Shown one piece after another: positions 35,318 to 46,800 of a stretch of 64,000 nt of DNA (positions are counted from its first letter, which is position 1; each line of letters opens with the position of its first letter). A program made the position numbers and the translations under genes. Origin of the DNA: Vicugna vicugna (lineage: Eukaryota); the NCBI GenBank assembly GCA_013265495.1, contig MU058252.1, positions 560,001-624,000 of the forward strand, read 5' to 3'. Under the pieces are notes generated by a model. It was not told the DNA's origin and did no database searches. It worked only from the letters and a program-made list of their open reading frames with translations.

Positions 35318-37690
35318 CAGGAGAGAGTGTATTGAGCCTGGAAGTCACAGATGAGATGGGCCCCTGTCCAAGGGGTTCTCCTTGGAGAGTCAGAGGAGAA
35401 AGAACATTCCAGACCTGGGACAAATGAGATAACCAATGGGCGTAGGACAGGCTGAGTGTGCCATGTTGATGGGGTCACAGGGGATGTTCTAGACCCACCA
35501 AAGGGTGTGTGTGGGTGGAAGAGATTGGAAGGACTGCCGAGTCCAATTACAGAGCACCCTGAAGGTCAGGCAGGGGGTCTAGACACGAGGGGCAGAATTC
35601 CAGGCCATCGGAGAGCTCCAAGCGGGAGCGGAGGCAGTGCCTGTGAGGCAGGTGGGGTCAACCAGAGACTGTGGGAGGCTGTGGCCAGAACGGGCTGCAC
35701 TTGATCAGATCGGATGTCCATCACTTTCTTGTGAAATTCTGTCTGCTCTTGCTCCTGGTAACTGCCAGGTCCTGTCCCTGTTTCCCTGCCCATATGTCCT
35801 GTAAGTACTTCCTGTCCTTCCCCTAGCTAACTGAAAGTATTTATCAGGGGCAAGAATATAATATTATCAAAGGCAAATAAACACCTTGTGGTTATCTGGC
35901 CTTTATATCGTCCTCAACATCAAGCAAAGCCCTCTATGTGGCTGAAATAAAAATTACCCAAATATATTGTGCTATATAAATGCAAAATAGTGGTTTTTCA
36001 TTTCTTACTTACTCTGGGAGAGGCAGGCTGGAGAAAACCAATGCAGCAGCCAGTTCTAGGATCTGCATCCAGTGGTAGCTTTGGGTTTTTATTCTCCACT
36101 TGAGAGAAGATGGACGTGATTGGTAAGGTGATGAATGAGCAAGAGCTGTGGAGGCAGGAATGCAGCATCAGCTGTCAGCATCAACCATCGGGCATCTGGC
36201 TCCCCAAGCTGCCTCTGTCAGCAAAGCAGTCCCAGAAGGTGACTAAATATCAGGGCCGGGACTCCGGGTGGTTCTCTCTGCCTGCCCTCCCTGAAGTGAA
36301 CTTCAGCTTTCTGGAAAGCCCCCTGGGGGCGGGCCCAGGGCAGGCAGCACACGTGGAACCCCGCACCTGTACTGGGTGATGCTGCTCCTGCAGGTTCTTC
36401 CCACCAGCCTGTTTTCCTGGGGAGGCCCCTGGGTTCTCAGGGTTTGAGGGGTGGCCAAGAGCACATCACAAAGGTCTGCAACTCTTTCTACGCCCCAGGT
36501 GTCAATACTTACCTGTTTATCTGGCCCGAGGGGCAGGAATCCACTCATCAGGCATGGACCTGGGCACTCAGGGAGCAGGTGAAGCCTGTCCTGCTGCACG
36601 TCTTGCTGATGAAACACCTTTAGCGTGAAGACCGTGGAGCACCCACTTCTCTCCATCAGGGGCTGCCTCTGTCCGGCAAGACTCGTCCTCCGCCAGATGC
36701 TGGGCTCTCAGGGTGGACACCGTCTTCTGCAGCTTTTCTTCTTTCTGCACCAGGGGCCAGCTGGGGCCTGGCAGGGAGGGCACGGCGGATGCAGAAAGAG
36801 GGCACCAACCAAGGGGCTGGCAGAGCACCCCTTCCGGTGGTGAGAGGCTGCTGGGGGCCCCTCTGCTCAAGGCCTATCCAGAGCCCGAGCCCCACTTCCC
36901 CCGTCCACCCCCCTGCTGGCAGGTGCTCCAGCTGCCCTTCTGTGTACACCTCTCAGGCCATCGCGTCGGCGCAGAGCTGGCTTGGGTGCCGGGGGCCTTT
37001 CTACTCTAGCCCTGAGAGAGGAGGCTCTCCGCGATCTGTGCAAGATCGCGCCCTAGCACGGGTGACGGATCCCCGCTGTCACCCAGGCAGGCTGAGGAGC
37101 CGGTTCCTTGCTCACTGGCCTCTTTCATGCCACTCCCCGCACTCGAGTGACACTGGAGCGGCCATGAGGCTGCAGCCTCTCATTTCACCCCCAGGAGGGC
37201 AGGCCCCGGCGGAGAGTGAGGCCCCGGGTTCCCGGCACCCCTCCTCCCTCTGAGAGGAGCCTGAGACTCAGTTCGCAGAACAAAAGATGACATGTTGCCG
37301 AGCACTTTTAAGGACCTGTATTTCGGTTCTTCACAAGCGTACAATTTGCCAAAACAACAATCTGTGGCTCAGCGGCTTTTCGAAGCGTCCGTTTCGCTCA
37401 GCAGGAAAGGCCGGGCTTCTGGGGGCGTCAGGCGCCCCGGGCCGAGGGGCTGGAGACCCCGGGAAGGTCCCGGGTGGGCGGGGAGGCAGGCTGAGGGCTG
37501 GGCTCCCCAGGGGCTCTGGCTGGGGGCGGGGCGGGCAGAGAAGGAGGCGGCCGGGGATGAGCACAGCCTTCCCCCCGGGCTTCGGAAGTCCCCCGACGCG
37601 GAGGAAAGGCGGCACCCGCCGCCCTCGTCCCCTCGGTGCCAGCGGGCCGCGCTCCCTCCGCGGGGCGGTGGGGTGGCGGGCCGGTCGGTC

Positions 37691-37864
37691 TCAGGCCGGC
37701 TGCAGGGGCGCGGCGGCGGCGCAGCCCACCTTGTTGTTGAAGAGGCGCGAGAGGCTGCGCTTGGGGGCGCCGGGGCGCGGCGGCGGGGCGCGCGGGAGGC
37801 CGCGCACGTCCCAGAGGCGCAGGGCGCCATCGTGCGAGGCGGTGTAGAGCACCTGGCCGTGCAC
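37691..37864 (-). CDS. WDR86: WDR86 exon 6 (last coding exon)
   Basis: cccgcag|; [22 protein letters not shown]...PLQPA* (TGA). Confidence 0.95.
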   Translation of the reverse strand: MHGQVLYTASHDGALRLWDVRGLPRAPPPRPGAPKRSLSRLFNNKVGCAAAAPLQPA

Positions 37865-40800
37865 CTGCGGGCGCGGGGCGTGGGGCGGGCGCTGGAGGGC
37901 GCGCCCCGCCGTCCCCCCACCCCAGCACGGGCCCCGCTCTGCCTCCGGCCGGCGCCGGCCCGAGCATCGGCGTGAACTGCGACTGCCGGGGCCGACGGAT
38001 GGGGAAGTCTCAGCCCAGGGGTTCTCGGCCCCGGGGTAGGCGCTGCCGCGTGCCTCCCACTTCCCCTCCGAGGCGGACGCAGGAGGGCTGGCCCTCGCTC
38101 CGGTAAACAGACACGGGGCCCGGGAGAGGGCGGGAGCGCCTACCTGGATGCAGTTGATGATGAAGGCGTGGCCGCGGAACACCCTCCGCAGCGCTCCGGA
38201 CTGGGCGTCGAAGGCGCGCGCGCGGGCGTCCCCGCTGCCCGTGAACACTGTGAACACATGGCGCCACTGGGCCTCCCGCCCCGAGAGCCCTCGGCCTTGC
38301 CCGGGAAGCTGCGGGGCGTGGGGCATAGGCTGGCAGGGCAGGGTGAGTTTTGGGAGCCCTCTCCGGGACCTGTTGGCCCGTCTCACAGGGATGTCGTAAG
38401 GCAAATGGAGAAGAGCAGAAGCCCCTTGGAAGGAAGGAGGCGGCACTTTGATTATCTTGTACGTTCCTGGGTGTTCAGGGTGATGATTGGGGGCCGGCGG
38501 CCAGGCCTTCTGAGGTCTGCATCCCACTTTGCCGGACTGCGGCTGCCCCACCCACCTTGGGCTTCAGGTCAGCCCGCCCTGCCCTTCCAGGTGTTCTTCC
38601 TGAATACCATCTGGGCCCAGGTTCCCACTCTCAGGCCATTTGGTGGAAGCCTTTGGTGAAGCTTGGCTTCTCTGCTGGATGTTTCCAGCAGCTCTGAAGC
38701 CCCTGACTCCAGGGGTCACCACCCCACCCTTCTGCCATCTGAGTGGCCTTTTGGGGCAAAGACCAACCAGAAAACTCACTCCCTGTCTTCAGTAATGAGC
38801 TTGACCCTGCTCCTGACCCTCTGGGGTTGACTAGCGTGCCCCCACCCAACCTATCCCGGGGGAAGCCCCCAAATTCTGCCTCCCTTAGGCTTTTTCCTAC
38901 ATTATAACAATCCAAGAGTTCTCAAACTGCAGTAGGCATCAGAATCACGGGGTGGGGCGCTTTTAAAGACACAGATGGCTGGGCCTGCCTGAGTTTCTGA
39001 TTTAAGGAGGTCTGGGGTGGAACCAGAAAACCTACATGTCCAGCCAGTTCCAAGTGATGCTGATGCTTATGGTCAGGAATACACTGAGAACACTGGCCAG
39101 AGGAGCTCCCTTGTTGACTTATTGTCTTAGCCTGGGTTCTCCTGGAAGCCGACCCTGACACTAGAATTTGAGTGCAAACAATTCTTCTGGCAGGGCTTTC
39201 TCGGAAGTGGGGAGGGAAACAGGAAGGAAGGACTCCCATACAGGTGTGTTAGCCAGCAGGTGACTGACTGCTGAGGGCCCTTGGGAGAAGGTACAGACCA
39301 TGTCTGAGTTGTCCCTGCCAGGTGGCAGGAAACAAGGATGCTGGGCTACTTATCCATCATCTCCTAGCCCTCCTCTGACCTGCCTCACAGGAAAACACCC
39401 TTGGGCAGAGGACCTGCAGGAAGAAGTGCCCTTGTGCTTGGTACCCACAGCATCCACTGCAGCCATGCAGCAGCCAGAGTGAGCCACAGTAAGCACACCC
39501 TTGGGGCCTCCTGGTCTTTGGGGTCTATTCTTTACCCAATTCCTGTGTCACCTGCCTATTCCCAGGCTTTCTGCTAAAGCTACTAGTGAATGTGGCCCTG
39601 GAGAGGAAGTTTCCTTTCCGGAGCTCTTCAGCTCCTCTCCTGCATTCCCCTCCAGCAACGCAGTGTAGCTGCTGGGCATCCCAATCTTTAAAGGGGCCTA
39701 CCAACTAGGAGACAGAATCTTTTGCCCTCCCTTCCTCTTCTTCCTGCCTGCCTGAAACATGACATGATGGTTGGAGCTCCAGCAGCTATCTTAAACCATG
39801 AGGCCACCTTAAAGATAGGAGATTTGTACTAAGGATGATGAAGCAAAGTAAATAAAGAAATCTGGGTGCCTGTCAACTTTGTGGAGCAATCCATTCCAGC
39901 CTAGACTGCCAGCCTCTGAATTTCTTCTACCTGAGAGAAAAATAAACAACATCTCATTTAAACCCCTGTTATCTGGGTTTTCTCTTATATGTATGCAAAC
40001 CTACTGCCAAGTGATGCCAAACCCACATGGCCCTCAAGTCTGGGTTTAGTGTCACTGTTTAACTTGAGAACTTGAATGTGTCCTTGAGATGTGCTCTTAC
40101 CCCTCAGGCTTCTGGACATGCAGGTCTCTGCACATCCTAGTGGGGTAAAGGTGGGGAGGAGTCCCCACACCCTCATTTGGATCTTTTTTGTAAATAACGC
40201 TGGAGGAACAAACGTTTGTGCACGAAGGAGGAATGGGAGCTGACCATCTTGAATGGCAGCTGAGGTCACTGAGGGATGAATAGAGTAAGAAACAGGCTCT
40301 GAACAAAAGCGGACATGCTGGGGAGTGAGGACTGAGAGGGGGGTCGGAGGGCGGGGTTATGAGGCAGGAGGCGGGGTCACTTACAGGTACCCGCGTGGTA
40401 CTTGAGGGCGCTCACGCTGTGTCCGTGGGCCGCGAAGGTGCGCACGCGCTCCCCGGTGTCTGCTAGCCAGCACTTGACCGTCCTGTCCGCGCTGCCTGAG
40501 TACACGTGCCGGTTCACCAGCTGGGGGAGGAGGATGGAGGGTCGGCACTGCACACTGGTGCCGCTGGCTGCAGGGGGGCGTTTCAGCAGCCCCTCCAAAC
40601 CTCTGTGTAAGGGAGGGGAGGGAACATGTAGGTCTCGGCAGAGAAACTGTGGAGGAGCCAGAAATGACCCTGCCTGTGAGTCCCACCTGACTGCCCACTC
40701 CAGCACCCAAGATCACGCTGCTCCTGCCTTCTCTGCAGGGCAGTGTGGGGTTAGGTGGGCACACAGGCCGTCAGGCAGACCTGGCTTTAGAGCCTGGCTG

Positions 40801-43800
40801 GCTCTTGGACTTTGGCCAAATAACTGACTCCGCTCTCAGCTGCTTCACCTGCAGATACGGATCCTGCCAGCCCCTTCCTTGTGGGGCTCAGACCCAACCA
40901 TACAGCACTCATCACCCTAGAAGCAAGGACCAGAAAATGTTAGCTGGCATTGCTGTTACATCTGCCACGTGTCTCTCTTTAGCAGTTTCCTACTGAAGAA
41001 CAGCTTGGCCGCTGGGAAGGTCAATGTGAATCCACCTGTGGCCACGGCTGTTCCCTGGTGGTGTCCCAGCCGAGAAAAGGGCTCCTGCTTTCACACTGGA
41101 CTTCTGCTTGGGGAAAGGCAGACAGGAGGGAGAAAGGTCTAGAAGTAAGCTGACCAGCCAGTGCATGTGAGGTCGACCTGTGCTAAGACAGGAGCTGGAT
41201 ACCCAGGGGCCATCTCTGGGGTCCTGCCCCCCTGCCCCTGGAGACAGGTTCCCCGACTTCCCGCTAGCCCCAGCCAGCTGGAGCGGCATTCACAGGAGGT
41301 GAATGGTGTCGCAGGAGGTAAGGAAAGGGCCCAGGAGGCAAGGGAAGGGCCTGGGGAGGCTCGCTCCCAGGAGCACCCTTTGCCAAGAACAGGGTACTAA
41401 CCCTAGGGAAGCCCAAAGACTATTGAAATAATCCTGCAACTTTCCCTAGACAGAACACAGTGCAGACCTGAGAGCTCCCAGCCAGCACAGCACCTTTGGT
41501 TACTGAGAACACGGATGAGAACCAAAGGCTGGCGAGGTGGGGTCCTCGGCTGCAGGTGTCTAGCTGAAGGCACCAGGCATCCTCCCATGTTGCAGGGCCC
41601 AGGAAGATGAGGGCTGGCTACGAGCCTAGGAGACAGCCATCCCTGGCACTGCTGGGGCCCAGGGACGGCAGGAGGCTTAGGCAAGATGAGGCCCTTCGTC
41701 AGGTGCAGCAGGCAGTGGGCCTGGAACCAGCATCCTTAACACATCTTGTGTTCTCCTAGCTCGAGCACGCATGGCCCATCTCAGCCACTTTCCACTCCAG
41801 TTCCCACAGCTGACTCTGTTTCCCCAGATTATTCCCAGTTACAATCCCGGAGAACAGGACTCAGACTGGCCCAGCATATCCTTCTAGCTCGGCCACAGCA
41901 CAGGTCAAACGTGGCCTTGGGCCAATGCTATGGCAGAGGGGTGTAATCTTGGACAACATGTGTCTGGCCTCCTGGAGGCAGAGGCTGCGGATGATCCCCT
42001 GTGGACCGAGTGGGAGACAGGCATGGCCTGCGTCTCTTAGGCCCCGCCCTACAGCCCTAATGGGTTTACGATGGGCCCAGCCAATGGAGCCTGGCGGTCC
42101 TCTCCCCAGGACAGGGATGCGTGTGATGTCCGCACACCCAAGGGCTCCAGCAGGGTCCAGAACATCACCTAGTCCTCTCGCCATCTGCACCACCCTCAGG
42201 AGCTTGGTTCTGGGCCACTGATGAAGGCAGGGGCACCTGCTTCACACTCTCGCTCACCCTCAGCTTTGGGGCTCTTTCAGCCCTCTGCCTGGAGCCTCGA
42301 TGTGTCCCCACTTCCCCAGGCTCACCTGTGCCCTCACTGTCTCCTAAGAAGCCTGGGCGGACTCTGGCCTCCCCACATTTCTTACAAGTCCTCTCAGCCC
42401 AGAAAGTGCCTCCTTGCTGATGCCCCCTTATCCTTGTGCTGCCCTAGCACTGTGTCTGCATCCTCCCCTCAGGCCCATCACTGCTGGCTCCAGTGTTTCC
42501 TGGCTGTCCCCCCCACCAGCACCAACTGTCACTCCCAGAGGCAGCCCCAGGCCTCCAGTGACCTCACTTTCCAAACTACCCACTGAGACTCCCGGACCTA
42601 TAATAAGGAAGCCAGTAAGTACAGCGTAGGAGATTGAGAACCCGGTGGAACGCCTGCTCGGCCCCATAAAGGAGGCACTGAGCATCCACAGCGACCAAGG
42701 CAAAGGGAGGAGGGCCCCTCTCACAGCGGGTGTCCTGGCAATGCAGGCCCGGCACACCATGCTGAGAAATCACCAAGCAGCGCACTTTCCAAGTACAAAT
42801 CCTGAGCCTAGGGGCTGAGAAAACGCCCAGGCATGTTGTCCTTGGCTGGCTGAGGACTCACTGCTCGCTCTGGCTGGTCTCCTAACAGGACACGAGGAGG
42901 CCAGAGAGGCTCAGGGCAGATGGACACAGCGAGTCACAAAGGCCGGGCCCTGCGGGGCTCCCAGCAGCCAAGGCAGCTCCGAGGGGACCAGGCTCATGGA
43001 CCATCTCCCTGCCACGGGAGCCACCCAAGCAGCGGGTGGACGAGGCAGGCAGGCCGAGGCCCCAAGGGTGCCGGCCTCGCCCTCCCCTCAGCTCACTGCA
43101 GGCCATGTGCCAGGGCAGCGGGCGAGAAGCGGGGGGGCCAGCCTACGAGCGGGGCCGGGCGCTCAATGTCCCGCCTCCTGTCGGAAGAGGCTCCCAACTT
43201 CAGCATGGAGTGGGTCCCGTCACACCTTTAAAGCGGCAGGTTAAACACAGGTGACATGTTCAGTCCTGGGTTCAAACTCTGTCTCTGCCCCTCACCAGTT
43301 GTGAGACCCTGGACACGGTGCTTACCCGCTCCGAGCCTCCGTCTTCTTTTGTGCAAAACCAGAAAAACAATCTCCCTTGGAGGTGGCAAGGAGAATAAAT
43401 TTGATAAGGCACACAGCCTACTCTCACCCGGGAGCTAGTAATCAGCCCTAAAGGGCAACATCAATCTGCCCCAGCCCCCCTGGTTCAGCAGGACAGTGCT
43501 TTTGCTGGAAAAGACCAGAACATCCAAACGATGCCGCCTACAGGTGGCTGTGGGCCCCACACCTCGGGCTGCCCACGCCTGGCCGGGCCTTTCCTGCCCC
43601 GCTTTGGCTGTATTTGAAAGGTTTATTTCTTCAAAAAGATATGAAGTAAGCATGACACAATGTTCGTATCTCATTTCAAAAGTGGGTACAGTCGCGTCTG
43701 CTTTACTGTTTGCTATACTTTATGTTTGAAATGTTTCATAACTAAACATTTTTTTTAAAAACACAAACATAAAGAAACGAAGGGACAGGAAAGAGCCTCC

Positions 43801-46800
43801 ACCTTCTCTTTTTTCACCAGGACCACCTGTTGAGCCCAGACCCTGGGAGCTCCTCTGAAGAGAAGCAGAGGAGGGAGCAGCCCCACTCGGTGGTCAGCTT
43901 GACCTTGAATTTGTTACTTAGAAGTGAGCCCTTGCCTCTGATCTGGCCCATCTTCTCCACAGGAGGCCTGTGCCCTCCTGGTTCTACCCCAACCAGGCTT
44001 CTGGAACCCTCTGGAGTTGGCGAGCTCGACCCTGGATACACATCCCACAGTGAAGGGAGAAGGCAGAGGCCCCCCAGGGCTTGGCCGGTCTCTTGGGCCT
44101 CGCCTCTGCTCTCAGAAGGTTCAGCGTGGGTGCAGGACCGCAAGGAGGCGGGAGGATGCTGCAGTGGGTACCTCATCCCCCGGGGCTGTGGTTCGGAGTC
44201 AGGACATAGGAGGTTGTATTGCTCTGTAAGTTTCCTCTGTTCTCACCAACCTCTGAAAAGGAAGCCCACAAGTTGATCTTAACACATAGAGGGGCCTGCC
44301 TGGTTCCCACGGAGAGTGCCAACACTACAGCTTCATGGAACAGGCTCCCTGGGGATCCCAGGAGATGCCTCCCACGCATCCCAACAGGAAACCGCAGACG
44401 ACTGCCTCAGCTCTCCATCTGCAAGCAGGAGTGCTTCCTCCCCAAAACACTGCTGGAGGCCAGGCCGCAGGGCTCACAAAACCATCTCGGGGGCCCAGGA
44501 TGCTCCCAGGCTTTCCAGACACCCGGGAACCCTGTCTGTCTCTGCAGGGCGTCTGGGAAGGAAGCCTGCCCCTTGCTGCACTGGGAGGGTCAGGATTCTG
44601 TAAGGTCCCCAAGAAGAGATCATTTTCATGTCTCAGGTGGCTCAACCTGCATGTGGACATGCAGGGAGGGGACAGAGGAAGGAAACAGTTGTGAACTGAG
44701 GGTCACTGCCTGCTTGGAGAAGGGTAGGTGAGCGAGGGATGTCCCCGACTCTGCGCTGTGGTTCACGCTTAGCCTGGGGATGACAGCAGGGTCCCGGTGA
44801 CAGCCCAGCATGGCCAGGGCCTCACAGGCTGGGGCCGAGAGATTGGCCAGTGGCCCTGAAACGTTCTGGTCACAGGGGTGACATGGGGGAGCCCTTCTGT
44901 TCGAGGAGGCAGATCAGGAGAGGAGGGAAAGGAGCCTTCCCCGGCCCTGTGATAGGGAGGAGGGACTCTGGAAAGCGGGCAAAGCCAGCACAGCCGAAGG
45001 TTGCCCACACCCGCATCTCCCAAGTCGTGGTACAACTAGATTTGATTTTGCACCGGGGGAAACGTGACAGGGAGACCTACTCATGGAGCATCCAGACCAC
45101 AGGGACGCAGCTCTCCTGTCCACACCCTCCACACCCTGGTCTGCTCCTGAGGGGAGATGGCCCCTGTGGGCCCATCCCCTCCCCAGTGAGGGGACATCAT
45201 ATTAAAGCACAGGGAACTATAGTCAATGTTTTGTAATAGCCTATAGTGATATATATATGTACAACTGAATCCCTATGCTGTACACCAGAAACTAACTCAG
45301 CATTGTAAACCGACTATATTTCAATAAAAATAAGTAAATGAGGCAAAGGAAGCCTGGATGAGCACCAGCAGCTCCTCTGTTTCTTGGGAAGGTGCCAGGT
45401 ACAGAGATGGTAGCCCTGGACTCTGTCAGGCAAAACCTTATCCCCTACTCTGGAAATTGGGGGCTTTTCTGCTTCAACTCCACCATGGGGTGAAGCGGCT
45501 GTGACTTAATAGCTAACTAAGTAACTAACCAACGAACCAAATAACCATGCGTTTCCTGAATCGAGCGCGGCTGCCTTGTGCCCGGCCCTTCAGACTCTGT
45601 TTTAGGACCAGCCTTTATGATGGTGCCCGTGGCCCTTCCGACTGGGTGTGCTCTCCCTGCCCGAGCCAGTGGCGTGGGCCCTCCTGCCTCCACCTCTGCC
45701 CCCAGGGGCCCCCACACACTCCACTGTGCCCACCCTCATCCTGTCCCACTCCCCTGTCCAGCAAGGCCACCTCCCCACATGCCTCTCCCACCCCACCCCT
45801 CGCTCCAACTGGGACCTACCCCACACAGACCCTGGGGTGTGCCAGACTGACTCCACCCTGGGAGCCCCCCATCCCTCCTGAGAACCCCACCCTGTGGCAT
45901 CCCACACTAGGAACCCCCACCCCAGGAGCACCCCACCCTGGGAACACCCCACCCCAGGAGCTGGCCTTGCCCTGGTGCTTCCCACCATCTCCTGAGCACC
46001 CTGCAGAGGGCCAAGCTCCCACCAGCTCTGCTCCCAAGCTCATTTGCTCCCTGCTGCTGCCCAGGGCACTGGGCACTTGTCCTCAAGGCTAAATCCAACA
46101 CGGGAGACAGACTTGCTCCTGGCTGGTACCAGAAGACTGAGCCCAGACACCTACCCCCCCACCCCCCCCCCCTCTTCAGGAACCCAGAGCCCGTCCCTCC
46201 ATGCCCTGCCCAGGATGCAGCCCCCACTGCTCCCTGCACACCTCTTCCCATCACGCACGATGCCTCCCAGGTGCCTCCGTGGTCCTCCGCCTTTGGCCCT
46301 CCCTGCTCCCCCAATCCCGAGATCAGAAACCAGATGGCCAGCTCTCAGCTCAATCCCACCCCCCACCCTCTCCATCACCATGTCCTCAAGCAGGGTTTGA
46401 ATTAGAAAATGCACCAGGGGTCAGAGGTCACTCTGTCCAAGTGAAATGAAGCTTCTCTCTCCTCCACTGGTCCTGGGGCCCTAGGGCTGCCCTTCACCCC
46501 CAGAACCCAAAACAGGCCTCCTGGCCTGACTCCCCAGGGATCGTTGCACCCCGCTTCGTGCCACCTGGAGCCCATCTCCATTGCTTCACTGGTGGTTCCC
46601 CAGACCTCAGTGCCACCAAGCACTGCACCCCAACCTGCTCATCCCAGGTGTGGGAACTGACCTGGAGAAGGGAAGAGCAGGCCAAGCCCGGGGCCAGGAA
46701 CACCCAGATCCTAACATCCAAATAGAGGGAGAGCCCGTGTCCAGCAGACATGCCCGGGCAGATGCAGGCTGCACATCCATTAGGTGCTCAATAGCAGCAA

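Larger units (their letters stand above)
37380..38330. promoter_or_regulatory. Intragenic 3' CpG island over WDR86 exons 5-6
   Basis: High CpG density (cgcgcgcg, gcggcggcg) across exon 5, intron 5, exon 6 and the proximal 3' UTR. Confidence 0.75.

Noticed and set aside
36568..36870. 100-aa - strand ORF containing QKEEKLQKTVSTLRAQHL as a hidden gene or pseudogene
   Set aside because: No recognisable family, non-ATG start and no supported coding exon structure.
37287..37975. + strand ORFs of 186 and 227 aa
   Set aside because: Antisense shadows of GC-rich WDR86 exon 6 and its UTR.
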